Shown here: in pieces, positions 40,201 to 54,673 of the stretch
Numbering within the stretch: the first letter of the stretch is position 1
How the letters are laid out: each line of letters starts with the position of its first letter
Assembly: GCA_051362555.1 (NCBI GenBank)
Contig: CM120640.1
Location: 28,234,503-28,298,502, forward strand
Reading direction: 5' to 3'
Length of the DNA stretch: 64,000 bases
From: Lingula anatina
Taxonomy: Eukaryota; Animalia; Brachiopoda
The notes under the pieces: generated by a model
What the model was told of the DNA's origin: nothing
Seen by the model: only the letters and a program-made list of their open reading frames with translations
The model's database searches: none
Position numbers and translations under genes: made by a program

Positions 40201-43200
40201 CTTTGCGGACAATATCATCTATGTTAATGTGCCATTTAAGATCATCAGATATATGTATGCCAAGAAATTTGAAATGTCTGACTATTTCAACCTCAGAACC
40301 ATTCAGCGTAAGATGGCTGATTTCTGTTGGGTTTTTCCTAAAATCTTATCGTTTTCTTTTTTAATTTTGTAGATTTTGAAGGAGTATGAATCACTGGGAA
40401 AGCAGCATGAGAGAGTAAAGGTAATATAAAAAGTGCTGAAAATTATATAAGAGAATTATTTAGACTAATTCATTTTAGATCTTTAAACAAAAATATTCCA
40501 GTAGATGAGTCTTATGTCCTTTTTTATATTGCAGGAGTGAACCATTTTTTGTATTCTTATTGAATATTTTATTAATTAATATTTTTTATTTTCAGGAGAA
40601 TCTTAATGCAGCTGAAAATAATCTTCATGATGTCAAGGAGGAAAATTTAAAACTCAGAAAGTAAGGCATCCCATCGGTGCAACACACTAATTTTGTATTC
40701 ATTTGGTGATATGTATATAATTTGTTTTTCAAAAATGTTTTCAAAATTTGTCTGGATTTAGGAAGTTGACATGAAAACTTTTAATTTGAATCTTATATGT
40801 ATTTCTTGAAAAGGTTTACCAGTATAATGTAATAATTATTATTTCAATGCAACCATGAAATGTATCCTTCTGCCTACTATTTAGGCCTCCATTATTTTCC
40901 TTTCACTAATACAGGTATGCCTCCAAGCTGGACCTAGAAGTTCAGAGACTGGCCAGAGAAAATGACCAGTTAAGGAGAAGAGCTATATCACCGGTGCTTG
41001 GGTAAGCAAAAGGCTGACAGGGTTATAATTTCAAGAGAAAAAGCTAAACTTGTATGTGAAACCTATACATAATATGAGTAACGCTGGTGACATTTTATTG
41101 GACTTGTGTAAGCAAACTATTTTGCAAGTGGTTTCACTGGTTATCACTAACTTACAACAATCATAAATTCTTGGGAATACTTAAAAGACAAATAGAGTTA
41201 TTCCCCTTTATTCTCAAATTTGTAACGAGAAAGGTGTATCATAAGATATTGTGATTGTATTTTAAGTATAATGAAAAGTCACTCTGTTCACTGTCTACAT
41301 GATGAAGGCAACCCACTTTGTGCTTTCACGTTGATGCTAGAGTCTACGTCCTGTAGTGTGAATTCACTTAAAGTCTTTCACCTCTTTTGTCAAATTTCAG
41401 GTTAACACTGTCTAGTTCTGCTAGGAGCTACCCCAGTCCTACAGTCACCCCAAGGACAGAGCCAAGCCCATACCTGATGACCACTGTGTCTGATAAAGGC
41501 AGATATCTCAGTGCCTCTCCAATTAAAAAATCACAGGAGAATTCTGACAGACTTTGGTAAAGATCTTGTCAACGAAACAAAAAAAAATCGATGAAACCTA
41601 TTGAACTTGCATTTTGTCCTAAAGATGTTTTATATACACTACAAACTATTTGGAATCGCAGATTTTACTAGTCTGAGTATAGGTGGCATTAATACTTATT
41701 TGTGGGGAGGTTGGGGCTGTTACTAATATTCTCGTGTAATCTGTATTGTGTTTTAGGCAAGATGACAGTGAAGCTGGCAGTGATGATGGGCGCCCAGTGT
41801 CGCCTCTGGTCAAAGCTGAGAGAGAATTAGAAAAACGTAGACGTGCTGATAGACAAAATAGCCAGGTCCTAAACAACAAGAACTCTAGGTAAAAGAATAA
41901 GACACACCTTTTTATTTACTTTTCATTTACAATACTGATGAAAGTAGAACAGTAACAATAGAAAAAATTTTTTTTTTTACATTTTTATACATATTTTCAT
42001 AAGTTATGAAACTATTATAGGTAGGTGGGTAATTACAAATTGATGTATCTTTAGCATTAACTTCTGAAACTTTTGAAAACTTTATGGATTATCATACAGA
42101 ACGTATTCTTGCCAATGCCATTGTAATAGATGTACTTGCTTTATTTTCTCCTCTAGCACAAGCAATCTTCCATCCTCCAGTCGCTCAGTGCCAGAAGGAG
42201 CAGGGGCCAACGTACTGCATGAATCAGATGGAAAGTCTTCCATTGTAAAACCTAAAGCTGCACTAGGACCACAACAAAGTGACCTGCGTAGCACCAATGA
42301 GGTTAGAGCGTCCGAAAGTGCCATTTCTGACACACCAAGGTCAGAGGGGTTTGCACCGTCAAATTATGACCTCCTGGAAGTGGATGTGAACTCTGAGAGA
42401 CAAAATGTGTTTGCAAAGCATACATTGGGGCTTGATAAAGAAAATGCTAAAAAGAATCTCATGAACAATTTTACATCTCCAACAGGAGCAGCTGGTAATA
42501 CTTTCAGCAGAGGACAGACGTCTGGCAGACACATACAGAATGGTTTCAGTGGTAAGTATATTTATAACTTAAAGATATATTAATTTGTAGTGCTGATGTC
42601 AGAATAGTGTTCTGTTAGCGAAATGTGGAGTTACTCAACAGCTGACTTTGCTTTGGAAACAACTTCAGGTTGGTGCTATTGAACTAGTAGGTGTGACATT
42701 TATTGGGTGGCAGATCTATCAAAAATGTCCCTCCTTTTAAAGTTTTGATTTCGCATCAGTTTTGCTGTGATTTACTTATGCTCACACTAGATTGGGTTCA
42801 GAATTGAAGTTTGTTTCTTAAGTTTTGATTCATCTGCTAGAAATTCAATTTCTGTTTAGATTTTCACCTTCTGGGTTCAATAGTTTTTGTTGTGAGTTCC
42901 ACCTGTGTTTTCAGAAAGTGGTAGAAATTTAAGTAAAATTTCCAAGGGCAGTCCTTCACCACTTTCACCAGGATTGGAGAGCTACTTAAGCACAGAAAGG
43001 AAACAAGACAGGGTATGTTGTCAGCAAATAATATATTTGGGAAATAACTTTTCAATGTAATGGTAGAGGAATAAATGGTAGTAACTGGCAGTAATTGGTA
43101 TTAAACACAGATGTGAAGACACTTACATTTGTTGTGAAATATGATGAAATGGAATTTTTGCAAGGTCATTGCATGCATGTTAAGATTGGGATTACTATAG

Positions 43201-43888
43201 AGTAGAAATAGGGGGGTATCTCCAATCAAGTTGCAATGTTTAGACAACTAAATATAGAAATTACGATATATCCAGGTACCAGCCTTGTCTTCTACAGTAT
43301 CCGAGAGACAGAAGATAGTTGCTGATATGGAGAAAAGGTTTGATGAGCTTCTGCTGGAAAAGCGACAAGTAGAGACACAGCTCAGTCACCTTCCATCTGC
43401 AGGTGGCAGGACTTGTGTGAAGAATCGCCATAACAAGGTCAGCAGTGTTTTTGTAAATTGATTTCTGGATTTGTTGTGAAATGCATCAAATTATTGTTCA
43501 TTTGAGAACAATGTCTTCACTTAGATATGAGAATTTTCAGCTTGAGGTCACTCTGTGGACTTGTTATGATGAAATGAGAATGACAGGAGGAGGAGGACAA
43601 ATTGAAAAATGCCTACATTTAGGTTTTTTTCTGAACAAGCAATATTGCTTATTTTTAAAGGGAATGCCTATCAAATGCATAGATTTGTTGATTAATAAGA
43701 CCCTTATGTCCATTACATTTCCATCACAGCAAAAATTGTGCTGAAATACCCAAAGATGAATATTATCAAATTGTCATTCTCTTGTCTTTTAGGAGGAACT
43801 AGAAAATCAGCTTGACCAAATTGACCGTGAACTTGGATCAGTTCGCATGGCCCTTAAACGATACAACGTATTACCAACTCACAGCTGA
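35370..43888 (+). CDS. MPHOSPH9: M-phase phosphoprotein 9 homolog (centriolar coiled-coil protein), ~17 coding exons
   Basis: Approximate exons: 35370-36777, 36938-37071, 37339-37716, 37859-38061, 38352-38561, 38801-38849, 39157-39318, 39514-39569, 40373-40420, 40596-40640, 40914-41001, 41401-41556, 41756-41888, 42157-42551, 42915-43012, 43276-43437, 43793-43888. Diagnostic segments VRVNLQEKHMRHLADLKVYYEREI and EKRFDELLLEKRQVETQLSHLPSAGGR...LENQLDQIDRELGSVRMALKRYNVL match recalled MPHOSPH9 motifs (NLKEKHARHIADLRAYYESEI; INRELGSVRMTLKKFHVL). Confidence 0.88.
39701..40345 (-). mobile_element. 5'-truncated Rex1/Babar-like LINE in an MPHOSPH9 intron
   Basis: The minus strand reads DFRKNPTEISHLTLNGSEVEIVRHFKFLGIHISDDLKWHINIDDIVRKAQQRLYFLRRLRSF...FYRAVIESVLTQSFTVWY...DPGHPANSL...*...KNSFYPSAVR, an RT C-terminus plus DUF1891-type region. 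There is one in-frame stop at 39892-39890, AATAAA at 39730-39725 and a (TTA)n tail to ~39701. Confidence 0.88.
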
Positions 43889-44596
43889 ATATGAAAATGA
43901 ACTTGTTTAATAAGTAATGTGTATACATTGTTAATGTGTCCAATTTTTAATGACCTTTTATTTTAAATATAAAGGTGTGTGTTTTTAATCTTTACCAGCA
44001 CATCAAGTTTGATATTGGATTAAGAGTTATATTTGATATACAAAAAAGGGTAAATTTGCAATTAATGTCAAAGGCTTGTCCTAAAAAGATTCAAATGGTG
44101 ATCTAGGAAAACATATGATAAATGATAAATTTATATTCAGGACATTGCATATAAATCTAACCAGAATCCATAAGCTGTTTAGATTGAAACTGCAAAACAT
44201 ATGCAGTTTGAGACATTCGTTTATTAAGTAAGAATTTGGTGTTTTTCAAATCAAGCAATTCTTGCCTAGTTGTCAATGTATTGCCATGTTACGTTATTTT
44301 TATGAACACGTCCGAGCAGATGCTTTTGCAGCACGTTAATAAAAATGTTAAAAGTTCATTAAAGAACTATTATATTAATAAAATATAATTTTGCGTGTTT
44401 AAGATGTGATTGTATTTAAGTTACTTTATTGTCACTGAGATTACACTTTATATTCAAAATGATATAGCAAGAAATTAGGCCATAAGTTTTTCTTTTTGTT
44501 AAAAAAAAAATTTTAAAAAAGCGTTGTTTCTGAAGATTTCTTTGCTGGAATTTTGAAGAAAATGTTTTTGTTCTCATGCCAATGGAATGTTCGGTC

Positions 44597-47500
44597 CTAT
44601 GAGCTGTAAGCTGGATTGTAAAAGGTAGAGTTCTGCACGTTTCTGGGGGGAACGCGATCTCCACCACTTCTGCCTTCTGTTGTATCGTACTGTCTGAGAG
44701 GAACTTGTGCTGCCGTGAAGTTTGTATAGGCCTGCAAAATATACAGGTAAAATAAGCTCTCTACGTCTGATTTAGACACGTTAAACTGTCATACATTTGC
44801 ACATTCGTAAGTTATCTTTTAGTTTTCAGCAAACTCGTAATAGAAACGAAGACTTGGGTTTTTTGTGAAGTAAATTTGTGTAGATAAAGACGACTACCTC
44901 TTCTCGGAACGGGACATCATCTCGAGGGTTCCTTGACATGCCCGGTTCAACTGCGTACCTGGAACTTTGTTGAATGTTTCGAGCAAAGTTCCAATTCTGA
45001 AAAAAAAACATACAAAAATACATATTATTCTTATTTTCTATTTTAATCATAATTATTAATTTATTTATATATAAATCTTCGATGAATAAGATTAAACAAT
45101 CCTCATGTTTCTAAGGCCTGTCCTCCAAATATAGTTAGTATATAAAATGTAGACAAACGTGCTTGGCTTTTTAAAAACTTTTAAAATGTCGGTGTTTTAT
45201 TATACTTTGAACTTACAATAGGCGGAGTGGCGTCTACTGCACTCTGTATTTTTGCTAATCGATCTTCCAAGTATTCATAATCTTCCTCAGGGTAATTTCC
45301 CAGTTGATTATCACGACTGGGAGAGTGCTGTGTTGTCTCGTTCGCTCTTCCACCAGTAGCTGGGGTATCAGAATAAGTCTGGTGTGGGAAAGGTGAAGAT
45401 ACAAGAGGAGCGGCCACCATGTTTTTGTATTTCTTCAGGCTGCGCCGAGTACGTTGAGTGAAGCATGCGATGACAATGATGATTATGACCAGAACGGTAC
45501 CAACTGCTCCTCCAGCAGACACAGACGCCAGTCGCCAACCGGTAAAAGCTTCATGAAAACGTCAGTTGGGAAATATTAAAACGCACTCGAAGGACAAGAA
45601 AATCATTTAAGATGCGATTTTTCATTGACATATTGGCTCTTGCTTACGGAAATAGATTAATTAGTAAAGAAAAGATGATAATGTCCATCTTATAACAAAT
45701 TAATTTTTCCGAAAAAACTCTGTTTTACCTTGTGGCCCACTACAGTCGGGACCAGTAAACTCATCAATGCACCTATTCATAAAAAGGAAAATAAATAAAT
45801 ATGAAAAGTGAATCTCCGTGTTATTTGTATTAAAGCAGCAATCAAAACTCGTTGCTTTTGCAATCAAATTAGATGAAACATGAAGAAAGACATCGAAATG
45901 AATTCATTTTGATGATACCAAGACTAGGGCACAGGTGGGTGTACCATACCTGCAAAATGCCAAATCCCCTTCATTTTTCTGACACAGCCCTCCATTGAGA
46001 CATTCTGGACATTTTCCTAAAATAAAATAAGACCAATATCATATCTATCTGCAATGGCTATGTCACGTATATATGTCACGTAAGTGTAACTCGTATTTTT
46101 ACAGTTATTAAAAAAACACAAATTATTCAACTAAATAATGAACTATCAGCTTGAATTGCCCCTGACACTCTTTAGACGATATTTTTATTGAAACGAAAAG
46201 GCACCACGAACTACTAGTTCTTTGTTCATTACCTGTACAAACTCGTCCCTCTAGACCTCCGTCACTTTCGTCCACGAACCCTTCCTTACAGTGACAAGTG
46301 TAAGTCCCGTATTCAGTGGGACTGCAGATGCCATGTTTAGAGCACTTGTCAAGTCCAGAAGCACAGAAATCAAATGCTGTAACCAAAAGGTAATTTGACG
46401 AAATCCAGATTACAAATTCGTTATCGTCATCCATACGTGTACTCAACATAATATGTAAATTAAAACGTTATTTATTGCTCAATACAAAAATGTGCTTACG
46501 TGACATTAATGTATCTTTAAAAAATCTCCATAATTTATTTGGTCGAAAGTGTGGCAAAGAAGCACAAACTTTTTTTGCAAAAACTGAGCTCTACTTACCC
46601 TGGAAAGCTGCCATTGCTGTCTCGCTGAAGTTTAAACCATTTGCCTCATTCAATGCCGTTATATTAAAATGTGTCTGAACGAAATCGGGAGTGAAATGCT
46701 CCGCGCTGGATTTGAAAATTATTCTATAATTAGCTGAAATTCTATCTTCTGAAACCTTTGAGAGTTCAGTTACTTCACAGCGTTCATACACTTCTCTGAG
46801 AGGTCCTTCTGTATAAGCCTCATCCACCTGGAATATAGATCACATATACGTTGTCATTTTATGATGATCGATGCAATCAATGTAGGAATACAGCCTGGTT
46901 TCAGGAGTGTTTATAAAATGAGTCTTCAATGTAAAATCAATATCACTTCAACTTATCTAGGAATTTAAAACACCATTTTGATTTAAATCCAATAGAAATA
47001 ATGAAATATGATGCTACAGTTTTTTTGAGCTTGACAAAGTTTAACAATTCCTTGAAACTTGATGCAAAAATATAGTGCTAATATCACTGTAAGGGAATTC
47101 ATAGGCAATAGGTATTTCACTGAGAACGTACCGCATCACAGATATTTCTTGAGGCATTTTTGAATGCCGTGGAATTCCTGTCACCTAACACCGGCGTCCA
47201 GCGCAGGGGACCGTCCGACGACACGTATATGACCAGCGTGCTATTGAACACTTGTGATGCTGTATCGACAATGTTTGAGAGACTTTAAAAATCATTATGA
47301 TTAACATTGTGCAAAAAAAAAAAAAAAAAAAAAAAAAGAAAGAAACATTAGATTTACGTAACCTCAATAGTTTAGACAGTGTCCTGAACCAAACGCCTAT
47401 GACAAACAAAGGTTCATTACACACTTCTTGTTTGAGAGCTATAAAAGCAAATCAGATTCTAATCTGGTGAAGCTGCAATACGGAATTGCACCTGAAGATA

Positions 47501-50500
47501 AGATGAAAATGTTACACAGTATGTAATGTTCACTAATAAATAACACGTTGCTCAAGATTTCGTTTTTTTCCCGTTTACTTACTGTCATCACAGTTCATGC
47601 CAGCAAACTCAGTTGGGCATACGCATTCATACGAGGACGTGTCGGTTCGCAGACAGACTCCGCCATGCTGGCAAGGTTTGGTAGAACATGGATCCGGTAT
47701 AACTGAAATATGTACATGGATGCATTTTCCAGATCGAGTATATAACCCTTTCATTTATCATATGTATAGAAGAGACACACTGAGGCCAACAAAAGTCTAG
47801 AAGCAGTACAAAATAGGGAAATGAATGGCAAATTTTTCCCGCTTGTGAAAAAGAATTCGTAAAATTAATTTTTTGTTAAAAGTTTTCACAAATAAAATGC
47901 TATTATTGTAATAGCAGATATGTATATAACTCTGGATTTTTTATTCATCATTGCATAACGGTTTCTTTGAGAACCCTCAAAGTTTACATATTGTTCTGGT
48001 TATAAGACGGCGGCGTTGTCCTAAGTATTTTATATTTCGTATCTGACGCCATACCTATATCACAGTATTCTCCGCTGTAGCCAAGAGAACATGAGCAGAC
48101 AAAATCATACTGGTCCACAGCTATACAAGTGCCCGAATTTTTGCAGGCAGCAACACCATCTTCACTTTTGCATGGGTCTAGTTTAACTAAAAATCAATTA
48201 GTCCATTGGGTGTGATTTTAATAATTCAACTTAAACAATAACAATAGTAAATCAAATTTTATTACCCGTGATTGTTTGCTTAACAATTTACGGATTAAAA
48301 CGCTAATATTGGCAACTCACGTATGTTTAAGCAATTTTGTATAAGAAGCAGTACCAATGAGTCACCACATGTAAATAAGTATTATGAAAAGGCTCCTTAC
48401 TGCACTTTCCGTTCCTCTCAGAATGATCAGAAATACATTCACATGTATTTGAACTGGCCGCGCAGACCACCTTGTTCCCCTTACATTGTACAGTGTCAGT
48501 GAGAGACGGGTCACATGGCCCTCCCAATTCGCTCTGTGGTTCTGAAAGTAAATCGTAAAAATACTCAATATATCCTTTCATCACAATTGCTTTAATTAAA
48601 ACATAATTAACCTTTCTGTTATTATTATTATTATTTTGGTCAAACAGAAATTTTAATCATGATAAATTTCAGTTACATAATAACTGGTAAAGATAGGTGT
48701 AGATTAGTAGAGTTCAACAGTAATGCAATGGCATGGAAAACGGAGAATGGAGCTGGGAACGATTACGAGTATGGACCATGCCATCACGAGCTCCCTTTTA
48801 TTCACTTGTAAACTTAGTTTCATTTGATCTTCAGTTCACCATGACTGATGCTCCACGAGGTGCTTACCACATCTGTCTTGTTTCTGGAAATATCCATCAC
48901 TGCAAACACACTTGTTTATGTCTAAATTGCAAATTGAATTTTGTGGACTGCAAGTAAAATTTTCGGTGCATAGCTCACCCAAACCAGGCTGCCGACCAAG
49001 TAAAACTGAAGTGTAAAACAATGATCTCATAGTTCTTGGTAATCTAGAAACAAAATTCCAGTTTCATATTATAAATAATATAGATCTACATGTATGACAA
49101 AAAGATTTATCATTATACGCACGTATTACACAATGTGAAGTTCCTAGACACAAGCAGTGGAAATTTAAGGCAATATTGTATTTTTAGTGATTGTGTTCAG
49201 AGAACTGTTATCATTTTTCAATTTTTTAAGGTTTAAGCTACTATTCATATGAGAAAAATGTGTGTTATCTATAGTATCTTACAGCAAAACCCTTGGTCTT
49301 CAATGTAAGAGGCGTCACATTTGCATACATTTCTGACACAAACACTGTTTGCGGTAGCACAATGGTCGGGTCCTTGGCAAGGACTGTTGAGGGGCATTTT
49401 TTGTTCTAGAATTTTATACAGAATTTGAGCAGGATGCCGATTCTATGGTTTCTAACAGAAAATGAAGCAATTTATTTGGAGTAATTGGCAAGAATAATTC
49501 CTAATCTACATTTAACAATATATTATAAAACTTAAACAATTTTCATGGTCTCAAAAACAAACATACCCTTTGAATTACACAACTTAATTAAGTAGAATAA
49601 TCGCAAGAACAAATGTAGCCTGCAAAATATTTTTATCAAATTCTATCTACAAAGTCGACCAAACTTGACTAAAGTACCATGAATCCATAACATAAACATT
49701 TGTTACCACATTCCGATATGTTCTGATAATATTCCTTCTTGCATTGACAAGTTCCAGCCTGGCATTCTGCATTCAGATCTTTGCAGACTCTACTGCTGTT
49801 AGATAAGCAGCGACTTCCAAGGGACTCTAAAGTCTCTGAATAAAAAGTAAACAATATCAGAAAATGTATTGCTGAGATCTAATCACAATCGATACGTAAA
49901 ATTAATAACGACAAAACAGGTGCCTGAAATTTTCAGTGAATTAAGTGATTGTATAAACATAACATAATAAACCAATGATAAAATTCAATGGTATATTATT
50001 AGCAAGCTGTTTTTTAAGACTTATTCACATCAGGAAAAAAGCGGGTCCTTATTGCAAACTGAAGACCCTTATTGTATATAACTTACTGCACAATCTGTGT
50101 GTTGGAAGTATTGCCAAGTATGTCCCATTCTTGCAGTCACAAACCGAATCCCGGCACACAGAATCTGGATCCTGGCATTCTGCTGTTTGGGTACAGTTCT
50201 CACCGATATCAGCTTTAGATACTGCAACGTGTGATTATACAATTATACATTCATTATTATCCACTTGTGCTCGTTTTGCTCTGATAAACGGAATCGAGGG
50301 CACATGATGCTCTCGTAAAGAGGGTACGCGGTATAACTATAAGATTTAAACTAACTGTAATCAACAGCAAAAAGTATACGTGGGTTCTGTACTGGAAAAA
50401 ATACTGTTGCATGTAGTGTAATACTATATATTATCATATAAAAGTGGTTTAACCTGAGGCTCCTCTGAAAATGAACTTCACTCACCGTAATATTCATACA

Positions 50501-53500
50501 GATGTATAAAGTATATAAAGAACATAATCGTCATTAAATTTTCATTAAAAATATTCGCATTTGCGCACTGCATACATACAGGTCTAGACGTTTTTACTTC
50601 AAGACTGCCAATGAAAAACGCACCACAAACCGTCCCTCTCTGCACAAAGTTCCATATACATTGACATCGTCCTTGAAGGCAAGTCGACTGGGGGTCCAGG
50701 CAAACATCTGGAGCTCTACTTTCGTCACAGCTCTCGTTTACATTAACTTTTGGCACTGGGGAGGCAACAAAAGTGATGTAGATGTTATGATTATCTCGCT
50801 GATGATGGTTTCTTTTGAATAACGAAAGTGCATTTCTTTTCAAAATGTATGAATTAGGGTATGGAAAATGAAGACAATTTGTGCACTGTTTTCGTATAAG
50901 ATTTTTGTCAAGAAACATAACACTCACAACACTTCCACGATAATGAAGAGTTTCGCTGATAGGGATAAAATCTCGGTAAACAGGAGCACCTCCCTCCGGA
51001 ACAAGTAGAATTTCCCGTCCTGCACTCGTTGGGAACATTCCCACTACATGTCTTATGAAGCCTTTTCCTGGGCTCTAAAATATAATAAAAGCGTGATTTT
51101 TGCGCATTATTTCTTTTGAAATCAACATAACATGAAAAAATTCTCTAGATTTACACTAGTTACAGAATTTGGTTTATTGGCAGTGTGTGATATTGACCTA
51201 GTAAATTGGAGATATATTCATGTTAATAAAACGAGGTAAATATCACTTTATTATCTTATATTCAAAATGATTTATAGTTTTTACTCACATATGAAACTGA
51301 TAAAAACCTTGAATGTATATGGGTCCAAGAAAAAACCCTTTTTAAGAAAAGCATATACAAGCAATTAGCTGACATCTTTAAACGGTCGTTGCAAATTTGC
51401 CACTGGTTAGCAAAGCGGCTATAGGAAAATGTTTTAGTTAACTATGCACATATCATGTGAGACCGAGGTTTTCTCTGACAAATAATGTAAACCCGTCTTA
51501 TTTATATACAAATTATGTCTGCCAATGTTTAGAAACTGGTAAGTATGGTAAGTGTTCCCTTTATTCTTTCGTACGGCAACATATTTAACAAGGACAGCAA
51601 TCGTTGTCCCTGAATAATTCTTATCATAACTGACAAAAATTATTTCCATTGTTTATAACCAGTTTGGGTACTGGCCTCTTTGACCTCAGAATATAACTGA
51701 CCTTGTATCTTTAAAATGAACGTATAACCTGGGTGAGGAAGAAAAAATACTAACCGCATATATGGGAGCTCGTATTTAAAAATGCCTCCTCTTGGCATAC
51801 ACAGCGCCCTTGCACACAGGTAGATAGCGGAAGAGAACTATTACAAAACTTTTCAGGACTACACGGCATTCCATGTCCAACTGAAATGAATGATACAAAG
51901 TCCGATACATTTTTTGGAATATTCCGTGATGATAAAGTAAATGCAATTCAAAGAGCTCACTGAATAGTTTAGCAACCTGAATAATAATCCCTAAAAACTA
52001 CTCCAAGAAGCACAAAGTCAGTTATTTTTCTTTTTATATCGTCTAACACTTTCAAAGTTAGGGAAATAGACCAATGACCTTCTTTGTCACGCTGGTCGTT
52101 GAGGATCAAGATGACATTACTTACTTTTCATGCATTCGTGCTCACTTTTGTTGTAGAAACCTGGTAGACAGACGCAAATATCATCCACACAGGTACTATT
52201 GTTAACATTGTCCTCACATGTCGCATTAGAAGAGCACGGACTTCCCAAAGCCACTGAAACAGATCAGTAAAGATAACCTTTGGGTTCTTCTTTTACGCAA
52301 CATAGCCAAAACTTCATTTGATTTTATGTGTTCTTAAAACCACAAACCTTTCTGTTCAGTGATGTCCCACATTCTCAAAATCCTATTGAAAATAATCTTA
52401 CAAAGAATTAGACGCAAAATTCTGCCAGAAATCCCACCCTACCAGTTTGGTTTCATGAAAGACAGAGGCACCAGAAATGCCATATTTGTTCTCAGAATGC
52501 TCAGCGAGAGAACCTTACAACATCAACAAGGCCTGCACATGGTCTTCATCGACTATCAAAAAGCCTTTGACAAGATCCGACATGAGGAGCTCTTCAAAAT
52601 GCTTGCAAAAATTCAAATAGATGACAAAGATATGCGGGTTATAAGATCAGTCTACTGTGATCAGCTTGCAGCAGTCCGCCTTCCTGTAGGCATGACCAAC
52701 TGGTTTCCCATCAAAAGATGAGTGCGTCAGGGCTGTGTCATGTCTCCAGACCTTTTTAACTTATACTCTGAAATGATCTTGAGAGATTTGGAGGATTGTC
52801 CGGAAGGAATCACAGTCAATGGTGTCAGGATAAACAATCTCCGCTATGCCGATGATACAGTTCTTTTAGCTACATCGAGGGAGGATCTCCAAAATCTCTT
52901 TGATGCTGCTGTTGCCTCCAGCACAAAGCTTGGACTACATGTCAACAGCAAAAAAAAACAAAAACCATGGTGGTTTCAAAGTCAGAGCTCACACCACGTT
53001 GCAGATTGCCTCATGGGAACACTCCCATCGACCAGGTCTCCTCATTCAACTATCTCGGGGCACTTGTGACATCCAACGCCTGTTGCAGGACAGAAATCCA
53101 AAGAAGAATTGGCCAAGCGAAAAATGCATTCACCCGTCTCGGCCCAATCTTCAAGGATCGTGGGCTGTCCTTAAAGATAAAGATCTGCCTCCTTAAAATA
53201 TATGTCTGGTCTACTCTTCTGTATGGCTGTGATTCTTGGACTTTGACAGCAGAAACTCAGCGTAACATTGAAGCAGCTGAAATGTGGTTCTACAGGCGAA
53301 TGCTCCGAATCTCCTACATTGAGCAAGTTACAAATGAAGAGGTCCTTAAACAGATTGATCAAAAAAGATTGTTTCTCAACAATGTCAGAGAAAGACAACT
53401 GAAGTTCTTGGGACATATTGCATCAGAAAAGAGGGATTAGAAGATCTTAGCCTGAGCGGAAGAATATCTGGCAAAAGTGCCCGAGGCAGACATCGAAAGT

Positions 53501-54638
53501 CCTTTCTTGACAATTTTGAATTACCAACAAGACACCTTTGGTCATGGGCGAGAAATAGAACCCTTTGGCAGAATATCATCGTTCGTCACACACCGAATCG
53601 GTGATCGCACATGAAGAAGATGAAGAGGAATCTTTCAGAGAATACAGCACAATGGATTAGATTTTCAGAATTTTGAATGATGATAATACTATACAATGAA
53701 AATCATGCTTCTGTGATTGGCAATAGTCGGTCATCACCCACTGTCGAATTTCTGACCAATCTTGAATTTCTTTAGAAAAAAAATTGATTACCTTTCTTGC
53801 AGGTGTCCATAGACGCATTAAAGTACCCTGTCTGGCAGCGGCAGGAGGTGCTGCTGCTATCGCAATAGCTGTGTTCCACTGCGCCAGAACAAAACTCGTG
53901 GACACCTATTTTGCACGTGGAACCTAGCTGAACTGTTCAAAAAAGAAAGTATTGATACCCATTGTATAAAAGTGTCATTCTTAAATATAAAACCATAAAA
54001 TATGAATAGAAAAATAAGTTATTAGTATATACAACAGCTTAACCTAAAATCTGTCCGCAGTTACCCGGTATGGGGCAAACACATGAGTGTGGTTTATGCC
54101 AATAGATTCTTTCAACACTTTAGTCAAGAAAAGATTACAAGCTTTCAATACTTTTACTGGTTAATTTGATACAAGACTTTTCCCGAAAAGTTAAAATTGT
54201 TCATAGTATGAAACTTACTTTTGGAACAACCCACTTCTCCGTGGTCGGCGAAGTAACCAGGAATACACTGGCAAGTACTTTCTCTACAGGTGGTGTTGGA
54301 TATATCTACGCATTGACTGTTGTTTGTACACCCAGCTCCAACAACTCCAGCTAATGAAGCATGATATGTTAAGGAATTGGGTTGCGGATGAAGAACTGTA
54401 AGTATTCTTTTGATAATACTTCTGTACATGTAAACCCCCCTTTTTTGCAAGACCAAGGTGAAACATTTACAAAATACAGTATCATAAGCTATCGTACTAA
54501 AACACTTATGGTTTGAAATATCAGCATGTGACGACAAATTATTTAAAAATTAAGAACATTTTAAAAATTAAGAATTAAGTAATTATGAAGAAATACCAAA
54601 GTTAACATAACATAATATAACATAACATAACTTAACCA

Positions 54639-54673
<35 letters not shown>

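Noticed and set aside
47420-47491. Possible extra exon after a good acceptor in the EB receptor gene
   Set aside because: It contains a stop in the required frame. The EGF exon ending at 47583 joins in frame to the SEA exon through the CAG at 47262-47260.
50478-51044. 188-aa ORF
   Set aside because: Only ~50755-50625 is a real Cys-module exon. The rest is intron read-through with no recognisable motif.
52719-52721. In-frame TGA in the RTE ORF (and at 39892-39890 in the Rex1-like LINE) as selenocysteine or readthrough
   Set aside because: Both are in truncated retroelements. The RTE stop replaces the conserved Gly of GVRQG and is accompanied by a frameshift, so this is ordinary decay.
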